59,932 nucleotides of DNA, from NCBI GenBank assembly GCA_945871805.1, contig CAMBXE010000003.1, positions 1-59,932 of the forward strand, in the 5' to 3' direction. Shown here piece by piece: positions 37,601-45,647 of the stretch. Under the pieces are notes generated by a model. The model was not told the DNA's origin. It worked only from the letters and a program-made list of their open reading frames with translations, and made no database searches. The position numbers and the translations under genes are program-made. The stretch is from Rhizobium sp. Q54 (GTDB lineage: Bacteria; Pseudomonadota; Alphaproteobacteria; Rickettsiales; UBA1997). The stretch's first letter is position 1. Each line of letters begins with the position of its first letter.

Positions 37601-40600
37601 CAACCACAAATGTCGAGAAGTTGCGTTTAACTTTTAAGATTCTCGATCCAGAAATTGCGAATTGTAAATTGACCACAACTGGAGCGGATGATGGCATCAA
37701 GTTAGACAATCCTTATTACAGTAGCTCGGCGACAAACACCGGAGCCACTTGCACATCTGCCGAGATTCCAGGATCTGCCGCGTGCAAAAAACAATTTTAT
37801 TGCGCCAATAAATACAGCAACAATTCCGGTGAATATTACGTTAACGTTAAGGTGAAGTCTACGCATACCGGCTCAGTCTCTAGTGTCATCAGTGCCGTAG
37901 TAAAACCGATTATAGAAGTGATGGACGGCAAGCAAGATGATCCAGCTACTTTGGATAAGAATGAAGCAACGATCGGCCAATCAGAAAGAATTTATAAATT
38001 ACTAATCGCCGATCCGCGCTACCAAGCGATTCTCACCGTAAGTTTGGTGGTGATGATTACCTTCTGGGGCGTGGGTTATTTACTTGGGGTCAGCGAGTTA
38101 AATCACACAGAAATCATTACTCGTGTCTTCAAGATTGGCTTCATTTATTTGATGGTTGGGGTAACTGGGTGGGAGTGGTTTAAAATGTTCTTCGTCGCCT
38201 TCTTCAAGGAGGGGACAGATTACCTATCTTTCATGATGGCCTCTTCCTTCGATGAGTCGCCAGAGCTAGCTGCAGCCATTGAATCTGGTAATCTCTACGA
38301 TAAATCGGTTCTCTTTAGCAGCGTCGACAATGTTTTTAATTTATTCTTTTCGCCCGCGGTGCAGAAGAAAGTTTACGCATTGTTCTTCGCCAGTATTTTT
38401 GGCTGGGCCTATTGCCTAATAATTATGTGGAGCTTTGTGCACTACGTTTACGCAGTCTCGAACGCCATTTTGCTTTATCTCACTGCCCAAGTTTTTATCT
38501 CGATCATGTTTGTGGTGGGTCCGATCTTTTTCGTCTTCATGATTTTCAGTCAAACCAAAGATATGTTTGATAATTGGTTGAAGCAATTAATCGGCTTTTC
38601 GCTGCAACAAATTTTCCTCCTAATCACTTTGGCCTTCTTCAACATGTTGATGTATGAAGTGATCAAGATGTCGCTCGGCTACAAGGTTTGTTGGGATGAA
38701 ATCTGGGTGATGAATCTCGGCATCACCAGAATTTCTCTGATGTCTTTTTGGACGATCGCCTCACTGCCGCCACGCACTAACGCCAATTCACAAGTTGGCA
38801 ATATTGGCAATCCCGAAGGAATTCCTTCGATCTTTACGATTTTATTTATTTGGGTAATCGCCTCGCTGATGGAACAATTTATTGGCTTCATGACTGAAAT
38901 GGCCGCAACTATTTCGGGTGGTTTGAAGGCGACTGAAATGGGCAAGGGAATAGCTGCGATGGCTAGTAAAATTAAAGGAGCCACTGTTGATAGAGCTCTC
39001 GATTACGCCAAAGCTCAAACTGTCGACAGAGTTCTTGATTATGCTGATGATAAACTTTTCGATCATGGAAAGGCGGCCGATGGTAGGCGTGATGATGCTA
39101 CTAAAAAAGATGCTTCAGATGCTGCTAATGCTAATAGCGCGATTGCCGCGGGTAAAGAGGCTGCAAGCAAACATAGAGCAGAGACAGGAGATAGTTCAGC
39201 AGCTGGATCTGCCGCAGCAGCAGCCAAGGGACAAAGAGATCATTTGACGAAAATGGGAATAACAGATGAGAAAGAAATCGACAAAATATTGAACAGCAAA
39301 GGTGCGAAAACTGGCGGAGCTAAAAGCGTAGCTGGGGCTCTTTATAATGCCGCGAGCAACAGAGGAACTATTAACAAATCTGCGGCAGAACAAGCTGCTG
39401 ACGAGACTGGAAATCTCTCAGAAAAAGAGTTCAGCGCAGCGTTGGAAAATGCGACTCCAAAAGGAAGAGAAGATCTTGTTAAGGCACGCAATAGCGGCGA
39501 GAAGCAAGTTGATAGAAGCGCTGCCGGCACAGCTTACGATATTATGGCTGGTGAAACTAAACTTTCAGAACTTGTGGGTAAGAAAGTCTCTTCCGGACTT
39601 AAACAAGCTGGCGAAACATTAAGCACTGGCGTAGGAGTAGCGATTAAAACAGCAACCGGAATTGACGTTGGCGATGTATCAAATGCGCTCGGGCGCGATA
39701 AAGATCGCAACGAAGCAAAAGATCAATTAATAAAAGAAGGATCGATCACTGAGTTAATGCCTGGCACCGAAATGAGCAGAAACAAAGAAGAGAAAGCCTT
39801 GCTCGATGAGCGCACTGCAGAAATTAAAAAGGATAAAAAACCTCCTACTCCAGCTAAAGCAGTAACAACTGGCGGCTCAATTGCTGGGCAACGCGAGGCC
39901 GAACATTTGAATGAGATGGATAAGATTGACGAAGCTGATCACGGTCCACTTTCGAAAGCTATTCGAAAAACGGGACAGCAATTCAGTACTGCCGCTAAGA
40001 GTCTAAATCCAGGAAGCAACAGCAGAAAAAAATTCGCGAATGAAGCAGCAAAAAACCCCGACCAGGCTACTGTCACGGAAAATCAAATGATTGCTGAAAT
40101 TGAAGTCGGCGATAAAGAGATCGGAGAGTTAAAAGTTGCTCGAGCTGATGCAATGAGTGTCGTGAAAGAGAATAAGGGCTCAGTCGATTCTAAAAAAAGT
40201 GAGATCGGAAAATTAAGAGGCGAATATCAAAAACATCAATCCGAGGCCCGCAAAGGTTTATTGCCAAGCGAAACTAAGGATAGTCATTCAAAAGCAGCTG
40301 CGTCGACTCTCTCTAAAATAAAAGAAAAAGAAAAAGAGCTTTATGGCAGCGATGAATATAAAGCTCATCAATCAGCAACCGTCGCGGTGCATCAAATAGA
40401 TTCTAAAATCAGTAGCAAGGAAGCGAAGGGTGACAATATGAAGGGGATTTTCAGTAATATTGAAAATTCAAGAAAGGCCGTAGTAGATGAGGTCAAAAAA
40501 GCGGCTGGCAAAGGAACAGAAGTGCAGAAACAACCACGCTCTTCGGCACATAGAATATTGGAGAATAAAAAAGATATAAACGAAAAAGATAAAAAAACTC

Positions 40601-40863
40601 TAACCAATGCTGGAGAAATCTTCGATAAAATGGCGCACACTAAGAATGAAACGATAGAGGGTAGCCCCGAACATACACAGGCCGAAGAGGCGTTTAAAGC
40701 CTATCAAGGTGCCGAAAATCAAGACGACTTCGACAAATTCGAAAAAGATTACACAATCAGCAAACAAGAGATAAAAGCTGATAAAATGGAGAAAGATTTC
40801 GACAAGCTAAAATCCCCAGAAGATTTCGCCAAATTCTCCAAAGCAAATCCAGTTAAAAAATAA
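34660..40863 (+). CDS. virB6: Giant rickettsial-type VirB6/TrbL T4SS protein (2067 aa)
   Basis: N-terminal lipobox FSC followed by GCIDADDFG; about 1000-aa Cys/Gly/Ser/Thr-rich region; central multi-TM block with IFFVFMIFSQTKDMFDNWLKQLIGFSLQQI; long charged tail. Confidence 0.85.
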   Translation: MLTQNSLTQNLVRFSLISLVLLVLFSCTDSGCIDADDFGEYESQTIIVTANAGQDACSYNAALSIIDSTQGSGIKSCLTRGTTTATNGNGVSESSTTGCYGLSSGEFQTICISGCVQTCLSAVGSASSAGAEPAWNSTDKKGAGQNSGVTIKPGSQIIVRAVGSISLGRSIDYPSLYLMANNPRSHSYNSSWQNNFFDVRSGQSLGINFSGLVYQGGNGTTLPLGQTADVAAHPEYLNNLARKLVVYTIPHPENYGGFDINKTTEKEGSITVPLWPDPQAWQCSYSGTSLLESTCGNASYRGIGYSNVVDKAADSTFPITSALQSSILTQYGGVIRRNGDGLNTGTYDPFAVTANNVICNGANGSCTNIANVPVNQGQIIGDLSSASIDITNSNSDAFKVSFRSLTGDVGCGSSATPLMLSVSVLDSQSNPLYSYSSSVINTSWTNTVINLESGQKLRIATNATKHFGTGVNCGRVIGIRYLKYHDLIMQQSGFLRFATLGAPAQAGGTTCTIKGRIINPSGSHVDNGTYGADFYEYLSVDPMAAGLSVPFLVNGSTGSNWAPGIGASTTQVYVRKGQKIRFDPDSWNNTWTSSAGARQCGIGMTMTIDPRPALLCRGKTSEMMPNPSSDCIPDINSSGVLIGCQALATKDCSDESGASYCPVAACAETVTCSGNGVSPDYTKTSCALGTGAFSVDSCINLSSSKCTSCSNKKLANAKLPAMVSVTGIDQCYDLENYTGKAENIPPNPLTDPLSIENVNDFLNDPLKAKGAVKLNGFNGNYGNISSFSDTGTSSVDKKVYRANSQYFINSDSRLRLIVLDGNVMSNIWGSYSDNTSPTVSYNGNNGIKIGFSGGLEFKNGTWLQMQLCKESSNSNSSLSYDCKSVSTPTDFAASANQPELVNITLPSPSTPIGSSPSLTGNYAFDSSGNLYRINPGSVAGDCTLATQGLQNSAGSMFYCHTYEYYSEAGFAALTQNGRDSSTTNVEKLRLTFKILDPEIANCKLTTTGADDGIKLDNPYYSSSATNTGATCTSAEIPGSAACKKQFYCANKYSNNSGEYYVNVKVKSTHTGSVSSVISAVVKPIIEVMDGKQDDPATLDKNEATIGQSERIYKLLIADPRYQAILTVSLVVMITFWGVGYLLGVSELNHTEIITRVFKIGFIYLMVGVTGWEWFKMFFVAFFKEGTDYLSFMMASSFDESPELAAAIESGNLYDKSVLFSSVDNVFNLFFSPAVQKKVYALFFASIFGWAYCLIIMWSFVHYVYAVSNAILLYLTAQVFISIMFVVGPIFFVFMIFSQTKDMFDNWLKQLIGFSLQQIFLLITLAFFNMLMYEVIKMSLGYKVCWDEIWVMNLGITRISLMSFWTIASLPPRTNANSQVGNIGNPEGIPSIFTILFIWVIASLMEQFIGFMTEMAATISGGLKATEMGKGIAAMASKIKGATVDRALDYAKAQTVDRVLDYADDKLFDHGKAADGRRDDATKKDASDAANANSAIAAGKEAASKHRAETGDSSAAGSAAAAAKGQRDHLTKMGITDEKEIDKILNSKGAKTGGAKSVAGALYNAASNRGTINKSAAEQAADETGNLSEKEFSAALENATPKGREDLVKARNSGEKQVDRSAAGTAYDIMAGETKLSELVGKKVSSGLKQAGETLSTGVGVAIKTATGIDVGDVSNALGRDKDRNEAKDQLIKEGSITELMPGTEMSRNKEEKALLDERTAEIKKDKKPPTPAKAVTTGGSIAGQREAEHLNEMDKIDEADHGPLSKAIRKTGQQFSTAAKSLNPGSNSRKKFANEAAKNPDQATVTENQMIAEIEVGDKEIGELKVARADAMSVVKENKGSVDSKKSEIGKLRGEYQKHQSEARKGLLPSETKDSHSKAAASTLSKIKEKEKELYGSDEYKAHQSATVAVHQIDSKISSKEAKGDNMKGIFSNIENSRKAVVDEVKKAAGKGTEVQKQPRSSAHRILENKKDINEKDKKTLTNAGEIFDKMAHTKNETIEGSPEHTQAEEAFKAYQGAENQDDFDKFEKDYTISKQEIKADKMEKDFDKLKSPEDFAKFSKANPVKK

Positions 40864-40870
40864 TTGAAAT

Positions 40871-41188
40871 ATGGTCAAAAAATTTACCACAAATTGTGAT
40901 TTCGGTGGGCAGAAAGCGCCAATCGATCTTTATGTTGGAAACCCAGCTTCGGGCTCTCATCCGCTTGGTTTTCAGAGTAAGTGGTTAGCAACTTCTAAGA
41001 GTGGAACGATCCCTTCGGAAATTATGAATTCATTCTCTAAATTAGTGGAGATTTCAGAAAAAAATCGCGTGCCATTCGAGGATCTTTGCGAATATGTAAT
41101 CGCAGAACTCAGATCCAAAAACACGGTTGTTGAAGATGCCAACAAAGCCACCGAACTTTCCAAAGATTCAGAAAAAAATGACAAATAA
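40871..41188 (+). CDS. DUF2610-family protein (typical virB6 neighbour in Rickettsiales)
   Basis: KKFTTNCDFGGQKAP..LYVGNP...HPL.FQ..WL...IP...NS...L..I...N.VPFEDLC.Y. Confidence 0.75.
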   Translation: MVKKFTTNCDFGGQKAPIDLYVGNPASGSHPLGFQSKWLATSKSGTIPSEIMNSFSKLVEISEKNRVPFEDLCEYVIAELRSKNTVVEDANKATELSKDSEKNDK

Positions 41189-42116
41189 CATACATGTTGC
41201 CGTGCTCATGGGCGGCTGGAATTCAGAACGCGAAGTTTCTTTGCGTTCTGGTCAAGCTGTTTTTGAGGCGCTTAACAAGTTGGGTTACAAAGCAACTAAG
41301 ATCGATTTTTCACGCGAGATTTTTACGCAGTTAGCAGAAGTAAAGCCAGATATCGTCTTCAATGCATTGCACGGGCAATATGGCGAAGATGGCCGAGTTC
41401 AGGGCGTTCTCGACATTCTACAAATTCCCTACACCCACTCCGGAATTGTCGCTTCTGCGATTTGCATGGACAAGGTTTTGACTAGAAAAATCTGCACAAC
41501 CGTTGGCGTAAAATCGCCGCATTACGAAATTTTGAAGAAGGGCCTGGGGGATAAACAGGACGCGCAAAATAAAGAAAAAATTTTCGCCGTTGGCAAGCCT
41601 TTTGTGATTAAGCCAATTCATGAAGGCTCATCAATTGGTGTCGAAGTTATTTTACAAAATACCCAATTCGATTTTACAAAATATGAGTGGAAATATGGCG
41701 ACGAAATCATCGTTGAAAAATATTTAGCTGGGCAAGAAATCCAAGTTGCGGTGATGGATGGTAAGGCTCTAGGCGCAATTGAAGTAAGGCCGCATGGCTT
41801 GTTCTACGATTACAAATGTAAATACACCGCAGGCATGACTGACTACATTATGCCCGCCGAAATCAGCGCCGAAAAATATGCGGAAGTTTTGGATTTAGCT
41901 GAGCGCTGTCATTCGGTTGTTGGTTGCCGAGGAGTCAGCAGAATCGATTTTATTTTGAACAATAAAGACGGCGGCGACGATAATTTTTATTTGCTCGAAA
42001 CCAACACTCATCCCGGTTTTACCGCGACTTCTTTAGTGCCAAAAATTGCGAAACATGTTGGAATTTCTTTTGAAGAGATCGTTGAGTTTTTAGTAAAAAA
42101 TGCGCGCTGCGAATAA
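41178..42116 (+). CDS. ddl: D-alanine--D-alanine ligase
   Basis: GGWNSEREVSLRSG, LHGQYGEDG, GSSIGV, YDYKCKY, ETNTHPG. Confidence 0.96.
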   Translation: MTNNIHVAVLMGGWNSEREVSLRSGQAVFEALNKLGYKATKIDFSREIFTQLAEVKPDIVFNALHGQYGEDGRVQGVLDILQIPYTHSGIVASAICMDKVLTRKICTTVGVKSPHYEILKKGLGDKQDAQNKEKIFAVGKPFVIKPIHEGSSIGVEVILQNTQFDFTKYEWKYGDEIIVEKYLAGQEIQVAVMDGKALGAIEVRPHGLFYDYKCKYTAGMTDYIMPAEISAEKYAEVLDLAERCHSVVGCRGVSRIDFILNNKDGGDDNFYLLETNTHPGFTATSLVPKIAKHVGISFEEIVEFLVKNARCE

Positions 42117-42130
42117 GGAATGACGTTAAT

Positions 42131-42412
42131 GGACCCCGCAACAAGTGCGGGGTGACAAATTCTAGACTAGAGTTACAGGGCAACACTTCTAGGAGTTGCA
42201 GGGTAACCTCTCTAGAACTGCAGGGCAACACTCTCTAGAGCTGCAAGGTGCACTCTCTAGAGCTGCAGGGTAAAACTTCTAGAGTTGTGGGTAACGCTTC
42301 TAGGACTGCAGGGTAAACACTCTCTAGAATTGCATGGCGATACTTCTAGAGTTGCAGGGCGAAACTCTAGAGCATTACTCCAATCCGTCACCCCGCACTT
42401 GTTGCGGGGTCC
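42131..42412. repeat. Family-A REP pair enclosing nine 21-24 bp CTAG-containing tandem units
   Basis: Arms 42131-42156 and 42387-42412; CTAG at 42162, 42167, 42189, 42212, 42235, 42257, 42279, 42300, 42324, 42346, 42367; consensus CTAGAGYTGCAGGGYAACACT(C)T. Confidence 0.95.
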
Positions 42413-42431
42413 ATTAAAATTTACAAAAAAA

Positions 42432-43286
42432 ATGGAAAAAAAATTTAGCTCTATTCTCAAAAACTTCCTCCTGACCAATCCATTTTTACGTCGCGTAAGA
42501 ATTTTTCTTAGTCAAAAAGTTAAACCGATCCTGATCAAGTTCGGCGTGTCTTTGGTCGCGTTGCTCATTTTGATCTTCATCTCATTAAAACTTTTTAAGC
42601 CGGACATTTTGCAGAAATTTTATTTGCAATCTCGTGTCTATTTTTTCACGCAACTCAATTCAAATTACGGCGAGTCAGCACAAATCAATATCACTGGCAA
42701 CGGCCGCATTCCTAAGGAGCAAATCATTGCCGCGATCAATAAAAGTAAAAAAAGTAAGCCAGAATTTTTGATCCAAAACTTAGTCGACGAAATAAAAACT
42801 CAGCTGCCTTGGGTGAGTCAAATTACAATTACACGCAGTCTTCCCGACACTTTAAACATTGTGATTACCGAATTCGTGCCTTTCGCAATTTGGCAAAATG
42901 ACGGCGGAAAATATTTGATCGACAAGGATGGAAATATCGTTCCCTTTGAAGATCAGGAAGAATTTCGCGATATGGTGACATTATCGGGAAAGGGCGCTAA
43001 CACTCACGTCAGATCACTTTTTAATATTTTTGTGATTGATCCAAAATTAAGTGAAAATGTTTTTTCAGCAACTTGGGTTGGAGATCGCAGGTGGGATATT
43101 CGTTTTGAAAATGGACTTCTAATTAAACTGCCGGAGACCAATATTTCTGAGGCTTGGCAACGTTTGATTAAAATTAACAACATGCCCGGATCACTACTCG
43201 GGCTGAAAATCATTGACCTACGCATTGCCGACAAAATTTATCTCGAGTACAACGATTCAGTCATTAAAGAATTAAAAAATGTCTAA
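42432..43286 (+). CDS. ftsQ: Cell division protein FtsQ
   Basis: Single TM, POTRA region (LPWVSQITITRSLPDTL), VGDRRWDIRF, IDLRI; start moved to ATG 42432. Confidence 0.9.
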   Translation: MEKKFSSILKNFLLTNPFLRRVRIFLSQKVKPILIKFGVSLVALLILIFISLKLFKPDILQKFYLQSRVYFFTQLNSNYGESAQINITGNGRIPKEQIIAAINKSKKSKPEFLIQNLVDEIKTQLPWVSQITITRSLPDTLNIVITEFVPFAIWQNDGGKYLIDKDGNIVPFEDQEEFRDMVTLSGKGANTHVRSLFNIFVIDPKLSENVFSATWVGDRRWDIRFENGLLIKLPETNISEAWQRLIKINNMPGSLLGLKIIDLRIADKIYLEYNDSVIKELKNV

Positions 43287-44514
43287 AAAATTACAGAAAG
43301 GAAAAATCGTCGCGTGCCTTGATATGGGATCGTCCAAGCTGGTTTGTGTAATCGCAGCGATCAATGGCGAGGATGTAAAAATTCTTGGTTACGGCCACAA
43401 AGAATCGCGCGGAATTTTGGCAAGTGCAATTTCCGAAATGCGTTTGGCGCAAAAATCAATTACCAACGTTGTTGCTGAAGCAGAGCGCATGGCCGGCTTT
43501 AATATTGATCAGTTGCTCGTAGGAATTTCTGGAAGTCAGATCATTTCAACTCATTACGAAGTGAGCTGCAAAGTCTCTTCCGACATCGTGAAAAATTCTG
43601 ATATCATTAATCTCACCAACAAAATTCGCGGCGACTTTAAGAAGAAAAATCGTGAAATAATTCACTTAGTTCCTTTGCAATATAGGCTCGATGATTCCAC
43701 GCCAATCCTAAATCCGCGCTACATGACTGGCGAAAAACTTCACGCCAAATTCCACGTTGCCTACACTTCACAAACTACGATCAGAAATATTGAAAGTTGT
43801 CTGAAGCACTGCCAGTTGTCGGTGAATAGCTACATCGCCGAACCTTACGCCTCAGGTCTTTCATGCCTCTCTGACAACGAGATGAATATTGGCACTTTGC
43901 TGATTGATATTGGAGGAAGTTCGACTTCATTTTCCTTGATTCACGAAGGAAAATTACTCTACGTCGGCAATTCAAAAATCGGCGGAGGTCATATCACTAA
44001 AGACATCTCAACTATTCTCGGCATCAGTGCGCAAGTAGCAGAAAAAATTAAAAATCTAAATAGCTCATTGTTGATTTCGCCGATCGAAGAAAGAGAGGCG
44101 ATTAAGTTTAAATTCTCCGAAGATTACGAAGAGCAAAATATGGTGAGCATCACGCGCATCGAGCTTCGCGATATTATTGCTTCAAGGCTCGAAGAGTTGT
44201 TTGAATCGGTAAAATCCGTTTTAGAAAAATCCGGTGTGCCGTTCTACATGCTTGGAAATATTGTGCTCACTGGCGGCGTTTCTGCGACCGTCGGAATCGA
44301 TAAACTAGCCGCCGAAATTTTCCGAAAAAATGTACGAATCGGTTATCCAAATAAATTTGAGAAAGTTCCATCTGCCATCCTAAACCCAGCAAACTCATGC
44401 TCTCTAGGCATGCTATCTTTCCTTCGCAACCTTCACATGCGCGAAAAAATCAAAGATGGTTTTGAAAGTAGAAATAGCTGGTTCCGTAAATTTATTGAGA
44501 AGTTGGTTGGATAG
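43279..44514 (+). CDS. ftsA: Cell division protein FtsA
   Basis: LDMGSSKLVC, LIDIGGSST, GGGHITKDI, VLTGG. Confidence 0.93.
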   Translation: MSKKLQKGKIVACLDMGSSKLVCVIAAINGEDVKILGYGHKESRGILASAISEMRLAQKSITNVVAEAERMAGFNIDQLLVGISGSQIISTHYEVSCKVSSDIVKNSDIINLTNKIRGDFKKKNREIIHLVPLQYRLDDSTPILNPRYMTGEKLHAKFHVAYTSQTTIRNIESCLKHCQLSVNSYIAEPYASGLSCLSDNEMNIGTLLIDIGGSSTSFSLIHEGKLLYVGNSKIGGGHITKDISTILGISAQVAEKIKNLNSSLLISPIEEREAIKFKFSEDYEEQNMVSITRIELRDIIASRLEELFESVKSVLEKSGVPFYMLGNIVLTGGVSATVGIDKLAAEIFRKNVRIGYPNKFEKVPSAILNPANSCSLGMLSFLRNLHMREKIKDGFESRNSWFRKFIEKLVG

Positions 44515-44534
44515 TTTTTGACTGATCCAGGTTC

Positions 44535-44715
44535 AACCCAGATCCGTCATTAGAATCACGCCATTATCTCTACTAACCCTTAATTCTATTAGCCTCGTTC
44601 TGTGCTCCGCTCCGTCAGCGTATGCATGCTACGCTTCCGGTGCGGTGCTCGTCCGAGACTAATAGAATTAAGGCTTAGCGAGATACTGTCGCAATTCTAA
44701 TGACGGATCTGGGTT
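44535..44715. mobile_element. Family-C MITE-like palindromic element, 181 bp, with 22-bp terminal inverted repeats
   Basis: AACCCAGATCCGTCATTAGAAT ... ATTCTAATGACGGATCTGGGTT; inner arms CCTTAATTCTATTAG / CTAATAGAATTAAGG; folds as a long rod; no coding capacity. Confidence 0.75.
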
Positions 44716-45080
44716 CAATTCTAACTTGGGGAGGATTGATTTATTTGAGCTGAGATTTGGAGCTAATAAACGATTAGCTGGGCTGCAAAATATAACTATC
44801 GATATGACATCTGAAGCGAACAGGGGGACTAAAGCGACTCTGAGATTTTCTTACTGACTGTTGGTGTGAATGTCGGGAGCCACCACCACGCAAACCCGGC
44901 GTGTGTAACTATTTCCTGTGAAGGTGTTGTATTTGTTACTCTCCCGACGGGCGGCACTTTTTCCATGAGATAGAATTTAACAAGAGGAATTTACAAAAAT
45001 TTTCACTTTTTTTGACGCCTTGTTTTTTGGATAAAACAACTTGAAGTAGATGAGTAATTTAATTGAGCACAAAAGATCTT

Positions 45081-45647
45081 CTAACGTCCCATCCCGCCGC
45101 CATCATTTTTATGACCAAAATCTTGTCGGGCTTTAATGATCTGCGAGAATCCGCCTTGTTGTCCGTAGCGACTGTCGTAATTAGTGCCGACACCATTCTT
45201 TTCGCTCTGATCATGCTTGAGATGTTTGCTGATACCGAGTCTGATTTTTTTAAGTCGCCAGAGCATTGATTCTTTGTTTGCTCCTGCCATCGGATTAAAA
45301 GATCCCATTTTATCAACCTCTTCTGAACGCTTGTCCCACACGTCTTCGAGGATTTTTTCTTGCTCATCTTTTTTTTCTTTAACTCCTTTTTCTCCTCCTT
45401 CTAAGCCGCCGACTTCGCGATCTAAATTTCTTTGCTGATAACTTTCTGGACGAATGGAGTGATCAAGATCTTCAAGCGAAAGAGTCGCGCGATATTCTTG
45501 CGACTTATCAGTTTTGTAAGCTGTGGATTCGACGCTGAGGTCGACTGACATCGATTCAACTTTTTTAAAATCTGAAGATTTTTTTAAAAATTTAAACGCT
45601 GCAACTAAAGCTAAAATCACGCCGAGGCTGATTATTATTTCGATCAC
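45081..45647 (-). CDS. Hypothetical protein with N-terminal TM anchor
   Basis: 188-aa ORF, hydrophobic N-terminus, start overlaps the mfd stop, ends GGGMGR. Confidence 0.6.
   Translation of the reverse strand: MIEIIISLGVILALVAAFKFLKKSSDFKKVESMSVDLSVESTAYKTDKSQEYRATLSLEDLDHSIRPESYQQRNLDREVGGLEGGEKGVKEKKDEQEKILEDVWDKRSEEVDKMGSFNPMAGANKESMLWRLKKIRLGISKHLKHDQSEKNGVGTNYDSRYGQQGGFSQIIKARQDFGHKNDGGGMGR

Noticed and set aside
42157-42386. CRISPR array or coding repeat (ORFs 42019-42231, 42257-42478, and the 42285 extension of ftsQ)
   Set aside because: No spacers; unit lengths of 21-24 nt break the frame; the ORFs are by-products of the repeat
44515-44534. Loss of ftsZ as a novelty in itself
   Set aside because: ftsZ is known to be unlinked from ftsQA in Rickettsia-type genomes; its absence from this window says nothing about the genome
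44820-44890. tmRNA, SRP RNA or 6S RNA (GGGGGAC...GAGCCACCA)
   Set aside because: The 5' and 3' ends cannot form an acceptor stem; no T-loop or SRP GGAAGGAAGCAG core; no 6S-type long duplex recognised
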